Assembly (NCBI GenBank): GCA_949295085.1
Contig: CASFJS010000004.1
Location: forward strand, 13,372-77,371
Length of the DNA stretch: 64,000 nucleotides
Reading direction: 5' to 3'
Source: an uncultured Pseudomonadota bacterium
GTDB lineage: Bacteria > Pseudomonadota > Alphaproteobacteria > RF32 > CAG-239
Shown here: in pieces, positions 33,321 through 43,183 of the stretch
Numbering within the stretch: position 1 is the stretch's first letter
Layout of the letters: each line of letters starts with the position of its first letter
Program-made: the position numbers and the translations under genes
The notes under the pieces: model-generated
What the model saw: only the letters and a program-made list of their open reading frames with translations
Database searches by the model: none
What the model was told of the DNA's origin: nothing

Positions 33321-33350
33321 TGAACTGTCCCCGGAAAGTTGGACAGTTCA
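33321..33350. repeat. 30-bp palindromic element, right border of island
   Basis: tgaactgtcc-ccggaaagtt-ggacagttca. Confidence 0.92.
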
Positions 33351-33381
33351 CTTCGGAGGGGCTTTTTACGATGGATAACGG

Positions 33382-33696
33382 TTATTTTTCAAGCCCGTCG
33401 ATCAGTGGATTGTTTTTAACTTTTTTTATCAAAACCTGATAATCGCGCAAAACATCATCGCCGGCCTTGTTGTGCTCCAGCACCACAATCCGGTTGCAAT
33501 TATTGAGGGCTTCAACAATCTTGGCGGGAATATAATCAAGCAGCAAAACATCATGGTCGTTTCGGAACAACGTTGCGTGTTTCCCGCCGTCATAAAGCAA
33601 CAACGGCCTTTCCGGCTTCGCTCTTTCATAAGGCAGCACAAACACCGGCACACCCTCATCGCTCAAAACAATCTGATAATCCTTTGCGTGTTTCAT
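33382..33696 (-). CDS. Hypothetical protein
   Basis: 104-aa ORF with host-like codon use, coupled to upstream ORF. Confidence 0.65.
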   Translation of the reverse strand: MKHAKDYQIVLSDEGVPVFVLPYERAKPERPLLLYDGGKHATLFRNDHDVLLLDYIPAKIVEALNNCNRIVVLEHNKAGDDVLRDYQVLIKKVKNNPLIDGLEK

Positions 33697-33968
33697 TAAC
33701 TGAGTCTTTCTTTGGCCTTTTTCTGCAAAGAGATAGCTTTGTCAATTGTCCAATCGGCGGCTTTAACGCTTTTGTCATACAAAAATTCACCAATGCCGAA
33801 ATTCATCCCCGGCGCCATCTGGTCAGCCATATTTTTGGCGCCGCCGACAAATAATTTGGCCGTTTCGGCAGTAAATTTTAAGCCGTATTTTGCAGCCTTG
33901 GAGGCGATAATTGTCGCGCTCAGGCCGGCTTTTCCGGCGGTTTTTAATGTTTTTTCCATGGTCGGCAT
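33696..33968 (-). CDS. Hypothetical Ala/Lys-rich protein
   Basis: GGAGA RBS; stop overlaps next start. Confidence 0.65.
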   Translation of the reverse strand: MPTMEKTLKTAGKAGLSATIIASKAAKYGLKFTAETAKLFVGGAKNMADQMAPGMNFGIGEFLYDKSVKAADWTIDKAISLQKKAKERLS

Positions 33969-33998
33969 AAATTTTCTCCCAATTATGATAACTAAAGG

Positions 33999-34014
33999 TT
34001 AACACAATTTTAAC
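33999..34014. promoter_or_regulatory. CtrA-type box
   Basis: TTAA-cacaatt-TTAAC matches TTAA-N7-TTAAC. Confidence 0.5.
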
Positions 34015-34160
34015 TTTTTGGCAAGTGGCAAAAATTTACCTCCGGCGGTAATGAGGTAATCAATTAAAGAAAATGCACGTTAATTTCCGGTTGACTCTCG
34101 ATATTTGTTGTATTAAATTCCTGCAATGAAGCCAATCGCAAGTTGTAAGGTTTTTTTGAT

Positions 34161-34226
34161 ATGTGTTTGTTTATGATCATAGCCGCCCGCGGCATTATTA
34201 TCCCCTAGGGGGATTTACGCTTTTTT
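34161..34226 (+). promoter_or_regulatory. Ile-rich leader peptide (MCLFMIIAARGIIIP, 34161-34208) and attenuator hairpin
   Basis: 5 of 15 codons are Ile; stop codon sits in the loop of atcccc-tag-ggggat; T6 follows; TTGACT-N17-TAAATT at 34091-34119. Confidence 0.7.
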
Positions 34227-34290
34227 ACACATATCGTTTTTTAGTTTTCAAAGATACAATCATTTATTTGTTTTTAAGGTGTTTTAAGAG

Positions 34291-37200
34291 ATGAAACATT
34301 ATGCGGATGTTAAGGCAAAGCCTGACTTTGTCGAATTGGAAAAAGAGGTTTTGAAGTTCTGGGATGAGGACAAGACTTTTGAAAAATCGGTGCACAATCG
34401 CGACGGCGCGGCCGAGTTTGTGTTTTATGACGGACCGCCGTTTGCCAACGGCACGCCGCACTACGGCCACATCATGGTGTCTTATGTCAAGGACGTCGTC
34501 GCCCGTTTTCAGACTATGAACGGCAAAAAGGTTGAGCGCCGTTTGGGCTGGGACTGCCACGGCCTGCCGGCCGAAATGTCCGCCGAAAAACAGCTCGGTG
34601 TTTCCGGACGCAAGCAGATCGAGGCCTACGGGGTTGAAAAGTTCAACAATTTCTGCCGTTCCGATGTCTTAAAATATTCCGGCATCTGGGTCGATATGTT
34701 CAAGCGTATCGGCCGCTGGGTAGATTTCAACCACGACTATAAGACCATGGACCTGCCGTTTATGGAAAGCGTCATCAGCAACTTCAAACAGCTTTATGAC
34801 AAGGGCTTGGTCTATGAGGACTACCGCGTTTTGCCGTACTCTTGGGCCGCCGAAACTCCGCTGTCAAATTTTGAGGTCAATCAGGGCTATCAGGACAAAA
34901 CCGACAACGCCATTACCGTGATGTTCAAGCTTGAAAACGGCATGAAAATTCTGGTTTGGACCACTACGCCGTGGACCCTGCCGTCCAATCTGATGTTGGC
35001 GGTGGGCGATGATATCGACTATGTCGTTATGGAAGAAGACGGCCAGAAGTATATCTTGGCGCGCGCGCTGCTCGGTCGCTATAAAAAGCAGCTTGAGCAC
35101 GCCGTTGAGGCGGGCTCCTTAAAAGGGCGTGATCTGGTCGGTATGAGCTACGAGCCGATGTTCCCGTACTTCAAACACTTAAAAGACAAGGGCTGTTTCA
35201 AAGTCTTGTCCGGCGAGTTTGTTTCAACCGAGGACGGTACCGGCGTGGTTCATATTGCCCCCGGCTTTGGTCAGGACGACTTTGACGCCTGCCGCGCGTA
35301 TGACGAGCATTTTCCGGTTGTCTGTCCGGTAGATGAGGCCGGCAAATTTACCGCCGAAGTGTCTGATTACGAGGGCAAACAGGTTTTTGAAACCAACGAG
35401 CCGATTATGCAGTGGCTCAAAGAAAACGGCCTTTTGGTCAAAAAAGAACAATACACCCACTCTTATCCTTTCTGCTGGCGTACCGACACGCCGCTGATTT
35501 ACAAAGCAATGTCGTCGTGGTTTGTCCGCGTAACCGACTTCCGCGACGATATGGTCAAAAACAACCGGCAGATTAACTGGGTGCCGGAGCATATCAAAGA
35601 CGGCCGTTTTGGCAAATGGCTTGAGGGCGCGCGTGACTGGTCAATTTCGCGCAACCGTTTTTGGGGCACGCCGATTCCGGTCTGGAAGTCAGATAATCCG
35701 GCCTATCCGCGGGTTGATGTTTTCGGCTCCATCGCCGAGATAAAGGCCAAAACCGGATTTGATGTCGTCGATTTGCACAAACCTTATATTGACGAAGTTG
35801 TTTACCCCAATCCGGACGATCCTTCCGGCAAGACGATGATGCGTCGCGTCGGCGATGTGTTCGACTGCTGGTTTGAATCCGGCTCCATGCCTTATGCTCA
35901 GGTGCACTATCCGTTTGAGAACAAAGAGTGGTTTGAGAGCCATTTTCCGGCTGATTTTATTGTCGAGGCCATGGACCAGACCCGCGGTTGGTTTTATACC
36001 CTGACGGTATTGTCAACCGCGCTGCACAATCGTCCGGCGTTCAAAAACTGCATTTGCACCGGTCTGTTGATGGCTGAAGGCGGACAAAAGCTTTCCAAAC
36101 GCCTTAAGAATTATCCTGACCCGAACGAGGTTTTGGACACCATCGGCTCGGATGTTTTGCGTTGGTTTTTGGTATCTTCGCCGGTATTAAAAGGCGGCAA
36201 TCTGGCGGTTGACAAAGAGGGCAAAGAGATTGCCAAAGCCGCCCGCGAGGCTTTGATACCGTTATGGAACGCGTTTTACTTCTTTACGCTCTATGCCAAT
36301 GCCGAAAGCTACAGGGCCAAAGAGGTTTACGCCTCAACCGAGGCGATGGACAATTATATTCTGTCCAAATTGCAAAAAACGGCCACGATAGTCAAAAACG
36401 GCTTGGAAACCTATAATGTCGCTGTCGCTTGTGATGAGATTGCCGCATTTATTGAGGTCTTAAACAACTGGTATATCCGCCGTTGCCGCGATCGTTTTTG
36501 GGAGGGCGAGCCTCTGGCATTTGATGTCTTGTACACCGTTTTGCTCAATTTGAGCAAGATTGCCGCGCCGCTGATGCCCTTTGTCGCCGAATATGTTTAC
36601 AAAACCCTAAGCGGCGGCGAATCCGTTCATCTGGCGGACTATCCGGATCTGTCGGCAATAAAATTTGATGCCGCGCTGGTTGAGGATATGGACTTTTTGC
36701 AGGATTTGTGCTCGGCGGCCAAGTTCATCCGCGAAGAAAAGAACCTTCGCAACCGCCTGCCGCTCAAGTCGCTGACCGTTGTCGGCCGTGATCTGCCGGC
36801 GGCTTATGGCGAAATTGTCAAAGATGAGCTAAACGTCAAAGAGGTTTTGTTTGACGCCAATTTGAGCGCCTATGCCGACAAAAAGATTTATCTTTATACG
36901 CCGCTTTTGGGCAAAGCTCTGGGCAAAGAAATGGGCGCGGTAATGGCTGCCTACAAGCAGGGGCATTGGAGCCTCAATGCCGACGGAACTTTGGCGATTG
37001 CCGGCCATAATCTGACCAAAGATTTGTTCGAAGTTCGGCTGGAGATGAAAGAGGGCGTTGCCGGCCGTGCCTTTGCCGATAACAAGGCCTTGGTCACGTT
37101 AAACACGACCGTAACGCCGGAACTCAAACGCGAGGGTATGGCGCGCGACTTCATTCGTCTGGTGCAAACGCTGCGCAAGGATAAAGACTTTAATATTTCC

Positions 37201-37377
37201 GACCGTATAGAGCTGAGCTATGCCACTGACAATACCGAGTTGGCGCGGGCGCTGGAAGAAAATCGTGCCTATATTGCCGAGCAGGTTTTGGCAGTAAAGG
37301 TCGATAACTCCTGCGCCGGAGGTACCAAAGCCGATATTGAGGGCGCCGCCGTTTGCTTTGACGCTAAGGTCGCCTGA
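34291..37377 (+). CDS. ileS: Isoleucyl-tRNA synthetase, type 2
   Basis: YDGPPFANGTPHYGH, GWDCHGLP, WTTTPWT, SRNRFWG, KLSKR; 1028 aa without C-terminal zinc finger. Confidence 0.97.
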   Translation: MKHYADVKAKPDFVELEKEVLKFWDEDKTFEKSVHNRDGAAEFVFYDGPPFANGTPHYGHIMVSYVKDVVARFQTMNGKKVERRLGWDCHGLPAEMSAEKQLGVSGRKQIEAYGVEKFNNFCRSDVLKYSGIWVDMFKRIGRWVDFNHDYKTMDLPFMESVISNFKQLYDKGLVYEDYRVLPYSWAAETPLSNFEVNQGYQDKTDNAITVMFKLENGMKILVWTTTPWTLPSNLMLAVGDDIDYVVMEEDGQKYILARALLGRYKKQLEHAVEAGSLKGRDLVGMSYEPMFPYFKHLKDKGCFKVLSGEFVSTEDGTGVVHIAPGFGQDDFDACRAYDEHFPVVCPVDEAGKFTAEVSDYEGKQVFETNEPIMQWLKENGLLVKKEQYTHSYPFCWRTDTPLIYKAMSSWFVRVTDFRDDMVKNNRQINWVPEHIKDGRFGKWLEGARDWSISRNRFWGTPIPVWKSDNPAYPRVDVFGSIAEIKAKTGFDVVDLHKPYIDEVVYPNPDDPSGKTMMRRVGDVFDCWFESGSMPYAQVHYPFENKEWFESHFPADFIVEAMDQTRGWFYTLTVLSTALHNRPAFKNCICTGLLMAEGGQKLSKRLKNYPDPNEVLDTIGSDVLRWFLVSSPVLKGGNLAVDKEGKEIAKAAREALIPLWNAFYFFTLYANAESYRAKEVYASTEAMDNYILSKLQKTATIVKNGLETYNVAVACDEIAAFIEVLNNWYIRRCRDRFWEGEPLAFDVLYTVLLNLSKIAAPLMPFVAEYVYKTLSGGESVHLADYPDLSAIKFDAALVEDMDFLQDLCSAAKFIREEKNLRNRLPLKSLTVVGRDLPAAYGEIVKDELNVKEVLFDANLSAYADKKIYLYTPLLGKALGKEMGAVMAAYKQGHWSLNADGTLAIAGHNLTKDLFEVRLEMKEGVAGRAFADNKALVTLNTTVTPELKREGMARDFIRLVQTLRKDKDFNISDRIELSYATDNTELARALEENRAYIAEQVLAVKVDNSCAGGTKADIEGAAVCFDAKVA

Positions 37378-37476
37378 ACCAAATATTGGCCACTCAAAAA
37401 ACTCGTCATCGCCGTGCATGCCCCTGGTAATGTCACGCCGCCTCGTTGTAGGAAAAAGCCTGAGGAACAGCTTTTG

Positions 37477-40071
37477 CTATCCTTTACGGTTTTTGCCTTT
37501 GACAATTTCCAATTCGCCGTTTAACACGATAATGTCCGCCGTGTCATTGTCGCAGATATCGCCGTTCAATATTTTAATCGCCAACTTGTTTTCGATATTG
37601 GTTTTAAGCAGGCGTTTGAGCGGCCGCGCGCCATAAACCGGATCATAACCGTTGTTGACAATCCAGACAAACGCCGTATCGTGAACATTGAGCTTGATGT
37701 TGCGCGGGCTCAGGCGCTTTTCGATATTGGCAATCTGAATCTTGGCAATATCTTTGATATTGTTTTTATCCAGTTTGTGAAAGATGGTAATTTCATCAAT
37801 CCGGTTGATAAACTCCGGCCTAAACGACGCTTTAACAATATCCATCACCTGAGCGCGGATTTTTTTGCCGTCATCGGCGCCGGTCGCGTTGCTCAAAATA
37901 TCCGATCCGAGGTTTGAGGTCATGATAATCAGCGTATTTTTGAAATCAACCGTGCGACCCTGTCCGTCGGTCAGGCGCCCGTCGTCTAAGACCTGCAGCA
38001 GGACGTTAAAGATATCCGGATGAGCTTTTTCCACTTCATCAAACAAAATCACCTGATACGGCCGACGACGTACCGCTTCGGTCAAAAATCCGCCTTCCTC
38101 ATAGCCGACATACCCCGGCGGCGAACCGATAAGCCTGGCCACCGAATGCTTTTCCATATATTCGGACATATCAACCCGCAAAATAGCTTTTTCGTCATTA
38201 AACAAAAATTCCGCCACGGCTTTACTGAGTTCGGTTTTGCCCACGCCGGTTGGGCCGAGGAACAAAAAGGAGCCGATTGGCTGTCCGGCATCGGATATAC
38301 CGGCACGCGAACGCCTGATGGCATTAGCCACGGCCGATATGGCTTCTTTTTGACCAACCACGCGTTTGCTCAAGAATTCTTCCATATGCAAAAGCTTTTC
38401 TTTTTCGCCGGCCAGCATTTTGTCAACCGGAATACCGGTGCGTTTGGATACCACATGGGCAATATCTTCTTCGGTTACTGTTTCGGTAAAGCTGTTGCGT
38501 TTGTTTTCAACTTTGCTTTCGGCCTCGTTAATCTTTCTTTCGAGCTCGGGAATAATACTGTACTGCAGCTCGCCGGCGCGTTCAAGCTTACCCTCGCGCT
38601 TGGCAATCTCAACTTCAATCCGTGCTTTGTCCAGTTTGTCTTTTAAGACCGTAAAGTCGGCCAGTCCCTGCTTATCTTCACGCCATTTGTCTCCCAAACC
38701 TTTGGCTTTTTTCTCCAGTCCGTCGATTTCATAATTAATCAGCTCCAGCCGCTCTTTGGATTTGGCGTCGGTTTCACGCTTAAGTCCTTCGCGCTCGATT
38801 TTAAGTTGCAAAATACGCCGGTCCAGTTCGTCCAGTTCTTCCGGCTTGGAGTCAATGGCCATGCGCAGGGCGCTGGCGGCCTCGTCCATCAGGTCAATGG
38901 CCTTATCCGGCAAAAAGCGGTCGGTAATATAGCGGTTAGACAGAGTTGCCGCGGCGATTAAGGCGCTGTCGGCGATTCGAACGCCGTGATGCAGCTCAAA
39001 TTTTTCTTTAATACCGCGCAGGATGGATACCGTATCTTCCACCGTCGGCTCGGCCACATAAATTTCCTGAAAACGGCGCGCCAACGCCGCGTCTTTTTCA
39101 ACATATTTCTTATATTCATTTAACGTCGTGGCGCCCATACAATGCAGTTCGCCGCGAGCCAGAGCCGGTTTCAACAAGTTTGACGCATCCATGGCGCCTT
39201 CGGTCGCTCCGGCACCGACCAGCGTGTGCATCTCATCAATAAACAAAATAATCTCGCCTTCTGATGCTTCAATATCTTTCAACACGGCTTTTAAGCGTTC
39301 TTCAAACTCGCCGCGAAATTTGGCGCCGGCAATCAATGCGCCCAGATCAAGCGCCAACAACCGCTTACCGACCAGACTTTCCGGTACATCGTTATTCACG
39401 ATACGGATAGCCAGTCCTTCGACAATGGCCGTCTTGCCCACACCCGGCTCGCCGATTAAAACCGGATTGTTTTTGGTGCGCCGCGACAACACTTGAATTG
39501 CCCGGCGAATTTCCTGCTCACGCCCGATAACCGGATCAAGTTTGCCTTCCTTGGCCTTGGCGGTGATATCAATGGTAAATTTCTTGAGGGCTTCAAAATT
39601 GTCTTCGCTGGTTTCGGAATCGGCCAGCCGCCCCTTACGATAATCATTAATCGCCTGATTAAGCCGTGCCGCATCAACACCGCCGGCTTTCAAAATATCA
39701 TAAGCACTGTTTCCGGCTGTCACACTCAGTGCTTGTAACAGGCGTTCAATCGTCACGAATTTGTCATTGGCTTTGTCGGCCAGATTTTCCGCAGCCATCA
39801 TTACCGCGGTAAATTCCTGATTCATCAGTGTCTGCACGCCGGAACCGCCGACCTGAGGGAGTTTGGCAAAGCCGTCATCAGTCTTTTCTTTAATCTGGTT
39901 AAGATTTCCGCCGGACTTGACAATCAAGTCGTCAATCAGTTGATTTTTGCCGTCAAGCAAAACTTTCAACAAATGTAACGGCGTAATATATTGATTTTTA
40001 TGAGCCGCGGCCAACTGCACCACGGCTTCGATAATCTCTTTAGATTTAGCTGTTAGTTTATCAAAATCCAT
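37477..40071 (-). CDS. clpB: Chaperone ClpB
   Basis: Two AAA domains ([16 protein letters not shown]) with coiled-coil middle domain. Confidence 0.97.
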   Translation of the reverse strand: MDFDKLTAKSKEIIEAVVQLAAAHKNQYITPLHLLKVLLDGKNQLIDDLIVKSGGNLNQIKEKTDDGFAKLPQVGGSGVQTLMNQEFTAVMMAAENLADKANDKFVTIERLLQALSVTAGNSAYDILKAGGVDAARLNQAINDYRKGRLADSETSEDNFEALKKFTIDITAKAKEGKLDPVIGREQEIRRAIQVLSRRTKNNPVLIGEPGVGKTAIVEGLAIRIVNNDVPESLVGKRLLALDLGALIAGAKFRGEFEERLKAVLKDIEASEGEIILFIDEMHTLVGAGATEGAMDASNLLKPALARGELHCMGATTLNEYKKYVEKDAALARRFQEIYVAEPTVEDTVSILRGIKEKFELHHGVRIADSALIAAATLSNRYITDRFLPDKAIDLMDEAASALRMAIDSKPEELDELDRRILQLKIEREGLKRETDAKSKERLELINYEIDGLEKKAKGLGDKWREDKQGLADFTVLKDKLDKARIEVEIAKREGKLERAGELQYSIIPELERKINEAESKVENKRNSFTETVTEEDIAHVVSKRTGIPVDKMLAGEKEKLLHMEEFLSKRVVGQKEAISAVANAIRRSRAGISDAGQPIGSFLFLGPTGVGKTELSKAVAEFLFNDEKAILRVDMSEYMEKHSVARLIGSPPGYVGYEEGGFLTEAVRRRPYQVILFDEVEKAHPDIFNVLLQVLDDGRLTDGQGRTVDFKNTLIIMTSNLGSDILSNATGADDGKKIRAQVMDIVKASFRPEFINRIDEITIFHKLDKNNIKDIAKIQIANIEKRLSPRNIKLNVHDTAFVWIVNNGYDPVYGARPLKRLLKTNIENKLAIKILNGDICDNDTADIIVLNGELEIVKGKNRKG

Positions 40072-40101
40072 AATTTCAATGCCTCCGCTTCCATAGATAT
40101 A

Positions 40102-40131
40102 ATATAGGAAATCACGGGGCATAAAATCAAG
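40102..40131 (-). promoter_or_regulatory. RpoH-type promoter of clpB
   Basis: CTTGAT-N17-CCTATAT. Confidence 0.6.
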
Positions 40132-40137
40132 AGGTTG

Positions 40138-41280
40138 CTAAGTCGTTTTTTTCTTTAAGTGAATAAAGGCAATATCCGCCGGGGCCAGCAACCTCATGGA
40201 TGGTCCCCATGTTCCGGCTCCGCGCGATACAAACAAATCCGTATCATTAACTTTGAAGACCCCCGCCAGATAGCGGTTGGCTTGTTTTACAAAAATATGA
40301 AACGGAAAAATCTGTCCGCCGTGCGTATGTCCCGACAATACCAGATCAACCAAACCGCTGCTCAAACTGTCAACAATATTCGGCGTATGAGACAACAAAA
40401 TTTTGTAATCGTCATTGGTTGAGTTTTTAAGCGTTCTCCACAGGTTAACCCGCTCGTACATCGTTCCCAAATCAGGTATGCCGCAAAGAAATACATTGGC
40501 ATGGCCGATATGGACTCCGCCGTTGAACAAAAAAGTTAAATTGTGGTCATTCAAGACACGTTTTGACGTATAAATATCGTTATAAAACTCATGGTTTCCC
40601 ATAATACTATAGACACCGAACGGTGCGCTGAGCTCTTTTAAGGCGCTTAACTGCTGCTCGATTAAGACCGTATTATCATCAATAGTATCACCGGTCAGAA
40701 CGATAACGTCGGGATTGAGCATATTGACCGCATTGACCAATTGCCGGATTCTGGCAACGGGTGTTGCCCGGTTAATGTGCAAATCACTGATTTGAATGAT
40801 ACTCATATCCTGGGTAATTTTGTCAGAATAAAAAGTAAGCTCTTTAACGGCAGGCTGTTTGTAGCCCTGATAGAGGGCATAACCGCCGACGACAATGGTA
40901 AAAACAACCACCAAAGCATTAGCCCGGCCGAGCAAAGATAGGTTTTTCGGGTGAATGTGCCAGCCGCTTCGTCCCATGAGCCGGGCAATACCGTAAAAGG
41001 CATACCAGACGATATCGCGCAGCATAATGGTTATAAATAAAATAAAAACAAACCCCATCAAGACATACAATGTATGAGACACAAAAGCGTAAACATCCAG
41101 CGGCAAGTAATCGCCGCCGGACAAAAACCACATAACCAGCGGGGCAAACCACCCCGCAATAACCACGACGGATACGATGATTTTATAAACAATTTTCAAA
41201 TCACTGTAACCGACCAAAGTTTTAATGGTAATGGCCGAACATGAAATGGCTAAGATTAAAACTGCAAAAAAGAAAAACAT
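40138..41280 (-). CDS. Membrane metallophosphoesterase (YkuE-like)
   Basis: SDLH, TGD, GNHE, LSH, SGHTHGGQ; N-terminal TMs. Confidence 0.9.
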   Translation of the reverse strand: MFFFFAVLILAISCSAITIKTLVGYSDLKIVYKIIVSVVVIAGWFAPLVMWFLSGGDYLPLDVYAFVSHTLYVLMGFVFILFITIMLRDIVWYAFYGIARLMGRSGWHIHPKNLSLLGRANALVVVFTIVVGGYALYQGYKQPAVKELTFYSDKITQDMSIIQISDLHINRATPVARIRQLVNAVNMLNPDVIVLTGDTIDDNTVLIEQQLSALKELSAPFGVYSIMGNHEFYNDIYTSKRVLNDHNLTFLFNGGVHIGHANVFLCGIPDLGTMYERVNLWRTLKNSTNDDYKILLSHTPNIVDSLSSGLVDLVLSGHTHGGQIFPFHIFVKQANRYLAGVFKVNDTDLFVSRGAGTWGPSMRLLAPADIAFIHLKKKTT

Positions 41281-41316
41281 AATATTCTTCCCTCCTGAGT
41301 TAATATCCGATATCGG

Positions 41317-41889
41317 TCAGAGTTTTGTTTCCGATATGTTTTGCTTCAAAAGACTGACTGCTGCGCGCGCATGGGGGGGGGTAGAACTTTTGTCAGAAAT
41401 TTCAATAACCTTAAAAGATTTTTTTGTTGTTTTAGGTCTGGTTTCAATCAAAACTTCCGTCGTTTCCGCAGGCTCTTTTTCCGTTTTTGTCGTTGATCTT
41501 CTGTTGCGTTGTGTCGGTTTAGTCTCTACCAAAGTGTTTGAGGTCTCGTTGCTGTCGGATACCTGAGACTGCGGTGCTTCGGCAGGCGTCTCCGGTTGTT
41601 CGGCAGAAACCTCGGAGGTTTCACCGTCTTTGTTGGCAAAACGGGCATTTTTACGCTCGTTTATTTCCGTAATAATTTTACGGTAATGTTCGGCATATTG
41701 GCGAAACACCTCGGCCTCGACATAATTGCCGTTGCTATGGGCTTCCTTGGCCAGTTCATTATAGCGTTTGATCAGATCCAGCGCCGTTCCGCTGCATTTA
41801 CCGGCCGGGGATATACTGTCAAATTTGTAATTAATGGAATAAACCTGATTGTTATAATTATTATTGTTGCGATATTTAATTTTTTTCAT
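41317..41889 (-). CDS. DUF4167 domain protein
   Basis: FDSISPAGK.SGTA...RY..LAKEA...EVFRQYAEHY; sits between prmC and clpB. Confidence 0.8.
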   Translation of the reverse strand: MKKIKYRNNNNYNNQVYSINYKFDSISPAGKCSGTALDLIKRYNELAKEAHSNGNYVEAEVFRQYAEHYRKIITEINERKNARFANKDGETSEVSAEQPETPAEAPQSQVSDSNETSNTLVETKPTQRNRRSTTKTEKEPAETTEVLIETRPKTTKKSFKVIEISDKSSTPPHARAAVSLLKQNISETKL

Positions 41890-42031
41890 AAAACGATTAC
41901 CATAAAAAAACACACCGTTAAAGATGTAAAATTAAAAACAAGATTGTTTGAGAAAAAATGTTTCGGCACCCAAAAAAGCGCGCCGCCCAACATACAACAG
42001 CCATCATAATCAATCTTTTATTAAATGCAAA

Positions 42032-42883
42032 CTATTTTTTCAAAATTATACAGCGTTCAATGCCGTTTAGGTCTTTTGCTTTGACGGCGGATTTGAAACC
42101 GTTTTGAAGCGCGATACGGATAACATCATCGGCCTGGCCTTCGCCGCATTCAAAAATCAAATGACCGTTATCTGCCAGCATATGCGCCGAAATCTCGGTA
42201 ATCCGCCGATAATCGCGCAGGCCGTCTTCGCCGCCGTCAAGTGCCGACAACGGATCAAAGTCCTTGACTTCCGCGTCAAGTGTGATGATCTCGGCACTCG
42301 GAATATAAGGCGGGTTGCTGACAATCATATCAAAACCATTTTGTGTTGTTGTGATGTTCGGATCAAACCAGCTGAGCTGATACCAGCTGACACGTTCGGC
42401 AACGCCGAGGTTTCTGGCATTAAGTTCGGCAACTTTTAACGCCTTGGCCGAAAAATCAATTCCCACACCGGCAGCCAGAGGGCATTCGGCCAGCAGCGAT
42501 AAAATAATACATCCGGAACCCACCCCGAATTCCAGCAATCTGAAAGGGCGGTTTTTGTCAAGAAGTTTTAAGGCCTCTTCAACCAAAATCTCCGTGTCCG
42601 GCCGAGGCGACAAAACATCACGATTAACCGCAAAATCATATTTATAAAAACCTCGCCGGCCGATAATTTTGTCAACCGGACAATGCTCGGCGCGCTGTTT
42701 GACGGCAAAAACAAATTTTTGCCGTTGCTCCGTTGTCAGCGGCCGGTCATAAAAATAAAGCCCATTAACCGGAATATCCAAGGCATAAGCCAACAGCAGG
42801 CGCATTTCCTGCCGGCTTGTTTCAATTCCGCCGCGGCGTAAAAGCCGCAAATTTTCTGTCAGCAGTTCTTCAATATCGGTCAT
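42032..42883 (-). CDS. prmC: Release factor glutamine methyltransferase
   Basis: PRPDTE, GVGSGCI, SNPPYI, ALDGGEDGL. Confidence 0.95.
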   Translation of the reverse strand: MTDIEELLTENLRLLRRGGIETSRQEMRLLLAYALDIPVNGLYFYDRPLTTEQRQKFVFAVKQRAEHCPVDKIIGRRGFYKYDFAVNRDVLSPRPDTEILVEEALKLLDKNRPFRLLEFGVGSGCIILSLLAECPLAAGVGIDFSAKALKVAELNARNLGVAERVSWYQLSWFDPNITTTQNGFDMIVSNPPYIPSAEIITLDAEVKDFDPLSALDGGEDGLRDYRRITEISAHMLADNGHLIFECGEGQADDVIRIALQNGFKSAVKAKDLNGIERCIILKK

Positions 42884-42950
42884 TGGCTCATATCAATAAA
42901 AAAAAGCACCTTTGTCATAAAGATGCCAGAAATAGCAAAACGGTGAGAAA

Positions 42951-43148
42951 TCAGACCAAACCATGTGTTGATTGTAAAGAATGTTTCTTAAAAAAATCAT
43001 ATTCTTGAGAGCCGTCAACACCGCGCACTTTACTCAGCCGCTGCCGCATCCGGTCGGCAAAAGAAGACATGGTCCACCCTTTGTCATTCTTTTCATCTTC
43101 CGTCATCAAACGGGCAAAATCATCAGATTTGTTTGGCTTTTTATTCAT
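42951..43148 (-). CDS. Small hypothetical protein
   Basis: 65 aa; AGGAGAG RBS; same strand as neighbours. Confidence 0.5.
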   Translation of the reverse strand: MNKKPNKSDDFARLMTEDEKNDKGWTMSSFADRMRQRLSKVRGVDGSQEYDFFKKHSLQSTHGLV

Positions 43149-43183
43149 TACAAAGCTCTCCTCCGGCCTGTTGAGCCATTATA

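Larger units (their letters stand above)
27373..33350. mobile_element. AT-rich genomic island bounded by 30-bp inverted repeats, no transposase or integrase
   Basis: Abrupt compositional shift at both repeats; TG...CA ends; six accessory CDS inside. Confidence 0.75.

Noticed and set aside
27373..33350. 30-bp palindromes as CRISPR repeats
   Set aside because: Only two copies, inverted and about 6 kb apart, with no spacers or cas genes.
33251..33439. 62-aa ORF after the radical SAM gene as a precursor peptide
   Set aside because: It runs through the border repeat and terminator into a convergent gene and has no RBS.
34291..37377. ileS as the island's self-resistance gene
   Set aside because: It lies outside the repeats and has host-like composition; probably the housekeeping copy.
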